Below the pieces are notes generated by a model. It was given only the letters and a program-made list of their open reading frames with translations. It did not search any database and was not told the origin of the DNA. Positions 59,090 through 64,000 of a stretch of 64,000 nucleotides of DNA are shown here, one piece after another. This stretch comes from Verrucomicrobiota bacterium (GTDB lineage Bacteria; Verrucomicrobiota; Verrucomicrobiia; Limisphaerales; AAA164-E04), in contig CP170459.1 in assembly GCA_047947115.1 (NCBI GenBank), forward strand, positions 3,744,001 to 3,808,000, in the 5' to 3' direction. A program made the position numbers and the translations under genes. Numbering within the stretch: the first letter of the stretch is position 1; each line of letters begins with the position of its first letter.

Positions 59090-60493
59090 ATGTTGCTTTG
59101 CCTGGGTTTGGTAAACATGATTCCTCTACCATCGCTGGCTGCTTCGGCAAAGCCCAACATCGTGCTTATCATGGCCGATGATTTGGGGTGGAGTGATGTT
59201 GGTTTCAATGGAAACAGTGTGGTTCAAACACCTCAATTGGATGCCATGGCGTCCAATGGTCTGGTGTTTGATCGGTTTTATGCCGCTGCGCCCGTGTGCA
59301 GTCCCACCCGTGGATCCTGCCTGACGGGCAGGCATCCGTACCGTTATGGCATCCCTACTGCCAATGCCGGGCATATGCTTCCGGAAGAAGTAACTTTGGC
59401 TGAAATCCTGAAAGAGCAGGGGTATGCGACCGGTCATTTCGGCAAATGGCATTTGGGAACATTGACCAAAGAAGGCAAAGATTCCAACCGTGGAGGCGAC
59501 CGGAATCAGCAATATTATGCTCCCCCGACCGAGCATGGTTTTGACACTTACTTCAGCACGGAGGCAAAAGTCCCCACCTGGGATTCGCAGTGGGCGCCTC
59601 CCAAACATGGCGGACAGTGGTGGGATCCGGTGGCGCCAACGAAGCGCAAAAGCTATGGCACTTCCTATTGGACTCCCGATGGACGGGTTGATGAGGCACT
59701 GGAAGGAGATGATTCCAAAGTGATCATGGATCGCGCGGTTGAGTTTATTAAGGGAACAGTCAAGGCCGAGCAGCCATTCTTTACGGTCGTTTGGTTTCAT
59801 GCGCCACATTTGCCGGTCGTGTCCGGAAAACGTTGGACCGATCTATACGCCACACTGGGTGGTTATCACCGTAACTACTATGGATGTATATCGGCGTTGG
59901 ATCATCAGGTGGGGCGCCTCCGTGCTAAACTGGACGAACTGGGAGTGAAGAAGAATACCATGGTCTGGTTTTGCGCCGACAACGGACCCGAAGGGCAGTC
60001 CTTCAGCGCGCCGGGTTCCGCGTGGCCTCTGAGTGGGCGAAAGCGAAGTTTGTGCGAGGGCGGGATTCGTGTGCCAGGGATCCTTGAGTGGCCCGCCATG
60101 GTCAGCGGGGGGGGGCGTACGAATGTGCCCGCTGTAACAAGCGACTACCTGCCGACCATCGTTGAAATGCTTGGCACATCGTTGCCTGACCGACCTGTCG
60201 ATGGCATGAGTTTGATCCCGGTGATCGCAGGAAAATCGAATGAACGATTGAAAGCCATTGAAACCCGAAAGCTCGGATTCCAATCAGCCAAACAATTTGC
60301 CTGGATGCATGGCTCTTTGAAATACTACAGTCCGGACATGGGTGAAACGGATTTTCTTTTTGATCTCAATTCCGACATTTCCGAATCCAGCAACCTGGCG
60401 CAGAAACGCCCCGAGGCACTTCGAATCATGAAACTGGCGTTCCTGGACTGGAGGCAATCTTGTGTCGACAGCGCGAATGGTGAGGATTATTGA
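59090..60493 (+). CDS. Formylglycine-dependent sulfatase (S1)
   Basis: KPNIVLIMADDLGW, CSPTRGSCLTG, GKWHLG, ADNG and GRKRSLCEGGIRVP. True start lies downstream of the track start 58742. Confidence 0.93.
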   Translation: MLLCLGLVNMIPLPSLAASAKPNIVLIMADDLGWSDVGFNGNSVVQTPQLDAMASNGLVFDRFYAAAPVCSPTRGSCLTGRHPYRYGIPTANAGHMLPEEVTLAEILKEQGYATGHFGKWHLGTLTKEGKDSNRGGDRNQQYYAPPTEHGFDTYFSTEAKVPTWDSQWAPPKHGGQWWDPVAPTKRKSYGTSYWTPDGRVDEALEGDDSKVIMDRAVEFIKGTVKAEQPFFTVVWFHAPHLPVVSGKRWTDLYATLGGYHRNYYGCISALDHQVGRLRAKLDELGVKKNTMVWFCADNGPEGQSFSAPGSAWPLSGRKRSLCEGGIRVPGILEWPAMVSGGGRTNVPAVTSDYLPTIVEMLGTSLPDRPVDGMSLIPVIAGKSNERLKAIETRKLGFQSAKQFAWMHGSLKYYSPDMGETDFLFDLNSDISESSNLAQKRPEALRIMKLAFLDWRQSCVDSANGEDY

Positions 60494-60515
60494 CCGACTA
60501 CCCAATTGACCTTAT

Positions 60516-61998
60516 CAGCCCGTTAAAAAAGTCACAATTCTTCACGAAAAGATTCGTGATTGATCACATGATCAAGTAAAGTATTTGCCATGGCACTTGG
60601 CAAACGGAAAACGAAACAGCAAGAACTGTTCATTGCCTCCAATCAGATTCCCAAAACGCCGGCTCACCCGTTTTATTCCAAACTCAATCAGGTTTTTGAT
60701 GAGTGCGGATTTGATGCTTATGTCGAAGAGTTGTGCGCCCCGTTTTACAAGAATTTTGGTAGGCCAGGCATTGCGCCCGGTATTTATTTCCGGATGATTT
60801 TCATCGGATACTTTGAAGGGCTCAACAGTCAACGTGGTATCGCATGGAGATGTCATGATAGCCTTTGCCTGCGTGAATTTCTCGGCATCAGTTTGACAGA
60901 GAAAACTCCTGTTCACGCATCGATGACAATTATCCGTCAACGCTTGTCCGATGAAGTGTTTCACAAGGTTTTCCTTTTTGTCCTTGAACAACTCAAAGAG
61001 AAAAAGCTTTTGAAGGGAAAAACTCTTGGTGTTGATGCCACTACCCTGGAAGCCAATGCAGCCATGCGTAGCATCGTGCGCAAAGGGACGGGTGAGGATT
61101 GGAAAGAATACCTTCGTGAACTGGCCAAAGAAGAAGGCATTGAAAATCCGAGTGATGAAGACATTCAGCGCATCGACCGAGGGCGCAAGGGGAAGAAAGT
61201 TTCCAACAAAGAATGGCAAAGCAAGTCAGATCCGGACAGCCGCATTACCAAGATGAAAGATGGGCGCACACATCTTGCATATAAGGCTGAACATTCGGTG
61301 GACTTGGAAACCGAGGCAATTGTTTCTTGTCATGTCACACATGCAGATCAAGGCGATACAACCACGGGGCCTGAGAGCCTCATCTTGGCTGAAGCCAATC
61401 TACAATTAATCGAATCAGAAAGGACCGTTGAAGAGGCGGTGATGGACAAGGGATATCACAGCAACGCATTGTTGGAACGGCTCACGCAGTGGGGTATCCG
61501 CACATACATACCAGAGAAGAAGCAAAAGAAGCGTAAGTGGGTGGACAAGCCGGAAAGCTACGAACACGCATTCCGTGGTAATCGACGAAGAGTTCGGAGT
61601 GTCAAGGGTAAGCGACTGAGTCGAAAACGAAGCGAACTTGTGGAGCGAACATTTGCTCATGTGTGCGAAACAGGAGCTGGACGTCGAACCTGGCTCCAGG
61701 GAATGGAAAATGTCACCAAGATTCACACACTGAAGTGCGCAGCATTCAACCTCGGATTGCTGATGCGGAAAATCTTTGGCCTCGCCAAGCCAAGAAACTG
61801 GGAAGCGAGCCTCGCTACCGCTTTGACGGCTGCTTTTGTCATAATTTTTGGCGAATGGATGACTCAGGGGGCGATAAATATGGCTCCCGCCGTCCTTTTA
61901 CTGATTTCCACCATTTTATTATGCAGCTTGATGAAATCGAAGCCGGACGAGATTCGGATCATTCGGTTTTTCGAAATTGGCACTTATTAAACGGGCTG
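60516..61998 (+). mobile_element. Intact IS1182-like insertion sequence (1483 bp) with 4-bp TTAT target duplication
   Basis: Ends CAGCCCGTTAAAAAAGT and ACTTATTAAACGGGCTG; TTAT at 60512-60515 and 61999-62002. Confidence 0.88.
60590..61990 (+). CDS. DDE transposase (DUF772 + DDE; IS1182/IS5-like)
   Basis: GRPGIAP, VDATTLEANA, DPDSR, AYKAEHSVD, MDKGY and RSELVERTFA. Confidence 0.92.
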   Translation: MALGKRKTKQQELFIASNQIPKTPAHPFYSKLNQVFDECGFDAYVEELCAPFYKNFGRPGIAPGIYFRMIFIGYFEGLNSQRGIAWRCHDSLCLREFLGISLTEKTPVHASMTIIRQRLSDEVFHKVFLFVLEQLKEKKLLKGKTLGVDATTLEANAAMRSIVRKGTGEDWKEYLRELAKEEGIENPSDEDIQRIDRGRKGKKVSNKEWQSKSDPDSRITKMKDGRTHLAYKAEHSVDLETEAIVSCHVTHADQGDTTTGPESLILAEANLQLIESERTVEEAVMDKGYHSNALLERLTQWGIRTYIPEKKQKKRKWVDKPESYEHAFRGNRRRVRSVKGKRLSRKRSELVERTFAHVCETGAGRRTWLQGMENVTKIHTLKCAAFNLGLLMRKIFGLAKPRNWEASLATALTAAFVIIFGEWMTQGAINMAPAVLLLISTILLCSLMKSKPDEIRIIRFFEIGTY

Positions 61999-62047
61999 TT
62001 ATCAGGTATTAAACAATCAAAAAACATCAACGAAGCAAAAGTTGCCC

Positions 62048-62743
62048 ATGTCTCAACCTTCTCTTTATCAAAAACTCAAGGAATCTCCATTGGCAGTTCG
62101 TGGTGTGCCGTTCATTCTGTTTCTCATCCTGACGTCGGGACAGGGGCAGTTCGGAGATGCTTCCGCTTACTGGCTTTATCTGATCAAAACCATTGTCGGC
62201 ATGGGTTTGATTGCCTGGATGTGGCCCCTGGTCCGGGAGATGCGTTGGAATGTCAGTTGGGAAGCGGTCGTGGTCGGGGTGGGGGTGTGTATCCTGTGGG
62301 TGGGGCTGGATCCCTTCTTTCCACATTTAAGCGATTTTGGGGATCAGGAAGACAATGTTGATTTTGTCTGGAACCCTCATGCGTTTTTTGGCGAACACTC
62401 CACATTGGCCTGGGTGTTTATCGTTGTTCGCATTTTTGGTATGTCAGTCGTGGTGCCTCCTCTTGAAGAAGTCTTTTATCGTTCGACCGTCTATCGTTTT
62501 ATCATACGTCCAGATTTTGAACAGGCGCCTGTGGGGCAGCTTCATTTGAAAGCGTTGATAGCCACTTCACTTCTTTTTGGCTTGGCGCATAACGAGTGGC
62601 TTTCAGGGATTCTTTGTGGATTGTTGTATCAATGGCTCGTGATTCGAAAACAACGGCTCGGAGATGCCATCACCGCCCATGCCATCACGAATTTCCTCTT
62701 GGGAATGTATGTCGTCGTTCGTGGCGCCTGGCAATTCTTCTGA
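62048..62743 (+). CDS. CPBP/CAAX intramembrane metalloprotease
   Basis: VVPPLEEVFYR, FGLAH and AHAITN motifs. Confidence 0.9.
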   Translation: MSQPSLYQKLKESPLAVRGVPFILFLILTSGQGQFGDASAYWLYLIKTIVGMGLIAWMWPLVREMRWNVSWEAVVVGVGVCILWVGLDPFFPHLSDFGDQEDNVDFVWNPHAFFGEHSTLAWVFIVVRIFGMSVVVPPLEEVFYRSTVYRFIIRPDFEQAPVGQLHLKALIATSLLFGLAHNEWLSGILCGLLYQWLVIRKQRLGDAITAHAITNFLLGMYVVVRGAWQFF

Positions 62744-62842
62744 ATCGTCCGGTTGTTTTTAAGCAATTGACCGGTGTAATCCATGCTCGACAAGTCCGGC
62801 GGTTGTGCTTCATAATGTCTGCTCCAATCAGAAATCAATAAC

Positions 62843-64000
62843 ATGAGTCATCCATCCAAAAATCAGTCGGGTTCGGAGAAAACTTCGAGCCGTAATGATC
62901 AGCAGGTGAAATCCACCCGCAGACGCTTTATTCAATCTTCCTCGACTGCCATGGCAGCCGGGATTGTGGTTCCCCAGTTCATCGTCAAAGAGAAAGGATT
63001 TGCCGCCAATGACGATACCATTCGAGTTGGTTTGATCGGTTGTGGCGGGCGTGGTACCGGAGCAGCCAGTCAGGCGATGAAGGCCGATTCCAACGTGATG
63101 CTGACCGCGATGGGCGACATGTATCCTGACCGGCTGGACGTCAGTTATAATGCGTTGAAAAAGGCTGCCGAGGATAAAATTCAGGTGACACCCGACAATA
63201 AATTTACAGGGTTTGACGCCTACAAAAAGGTGTTGGAAAGCGGAGTGGACCTCGTCATTCTGGCAACACCTCCCGGATTCCGTCCGATGCATTTGAGAGC
63301 TGCAGTGGATGCCGGCAAGCACATTTTCTGTGAAAAACCCATGGCAACCGACGCCCCCGGACTTCGGTCTGTCATTGCTTCAGCGACAGACGCCAAAGCC
63401 AAGAAGCTTGCTCTGGTGGCCGGCTACTGCTGGCGATACAATTACGCTCGACGCGAACTGTACGACAAGATTCACAATGGCGCCATTGGTGATGTCCGAT
63501 CCATTTACGCAACGTATTACACCGGACCAGTGAAGCCCATGCCTGCGGATGATACCCGTGCAGCAGGGATGTCTGATTTGGATTGGCAGGTGCGCAACTG
63601 GTACAATTTTACCTGGCTCAGCGGAGACAGTCTGGTTGAGCAGGCGATTCACAGTGTGGATAAAATCGCCTGGTGCATGAAAGACGAACCCCCGGTCAAG
63701 GCAGTTGCCACAGGCGGACGTCAAATCCCCAATAATAGTGGAAATATCTTTGATCATTTTGCGGTTTACTACGAATACGCCAACGGATTGCGCGCTTATT
63801 TGGGAAGCCGTCAGATTGCCGGTTGTCACAATGAAAACAATGATTACATTCATGGCGCCAAAGGAATAGGTGAGATCCTCGGGTGGTCGCGCGTTCAGAT
63901 CCGTGGTGAAGAAAACTGGCGTTATCAAGGTAAAAACAATGACATGTATCAAACCGAGCACGATGAATTGTTTGAATCCATCCGAAAAGGCAACCCGATC
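62843..64000 (+). CDS. Tat-exported Gfo/Idh/MocA oxidoreductase (3'-truncated by window end; absent from ORF track)
   Basis: Reads MSHPSKNQ...TRRRFIQSS...IRVGLIGCGGRGTGAA...ATPPGFRP.H...GKHIFCEKP. Confidence 0.92.
   Translation, partial: MSHPSKNQSGSEKTSSRNDQQVKSTRRRFIQSSSTAMAAGIVVPQFIVKEKGFAANDDTIRVGLIGCGGRGTGAASQAMKADSNVMLTAMGDMYPDRLDVSYNALKKAAEDKIQVTPDNKFTGFDAYKKVLESGVDLVILATPPGFRPMHLRAAVDAGKHIFCEKPMATDAPGLRSVIASATDAKAKKLALVAGYCWRYNYARRELYDKIHNGAIGDVRSIYATYYTGPVKPMPADDTRAAGMSDLDWQVRNWYNFTWLSGDSLVEQAIHSVDKIAWCMKDEPPVKAVATGGRQIPNNSGNIFDHFAVYYEYANGLRAYLGSRQIAGCHNENNDYIHGAKGIGEILGWSRVQIRGEENWRYQGKNNDMYQTEHDELFESIRKGNPI

Overview
Bacterial genomic window, most likely a Verrucomicrobiota/PVC organism. 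This is inferred from gene content: DUF1080 proteins, an LTD/CotH giant protein, a PVC-type cytochrome c protein, Tat-exported sugar enzymes and a sulfatase. Bases 1-~14800 form an accessory island downstream of tRNA-Thr(TGT). It carries a family of secreted proteins built from shuffled beta-barrel, dimeric alpha/beta-barrel and NTF2/SnoaL modules, interleaved with one intact and four broken IS3 elements. Directly behind the tRNA lies a ~330-bp unit: a small GIY-YIG nuclease gene followed by a rebuilt tRNA copy, in which a perfect 16-bp palindrome replaces the 5' anticodon arm and a D-loop substitution creates the nuclease stop codon. This is the most striking object in the window. The rest is mostly core or niche genes (apbE, clpS-DUF2017-aat, NSS transporter, vapBC-type TA, recO-ybeY-phoH-HIT, MFS, helicase, YtrA-type ABC operon, sulfatase). 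It also holds several items the ORF track missed or split: a probable selenoprotein (UxxC peroxiredoxin-like), a 44-aa NSS small subunit, a GxxExxY nuclease gene bounded by ~50-bp inverted repeats with variable internal hairpins, a 186-bp tandem array of REP doublets, and an intact IS1182-like element in a palindromic target. All family assignments come from motif recognition by eye; no database searches were run.
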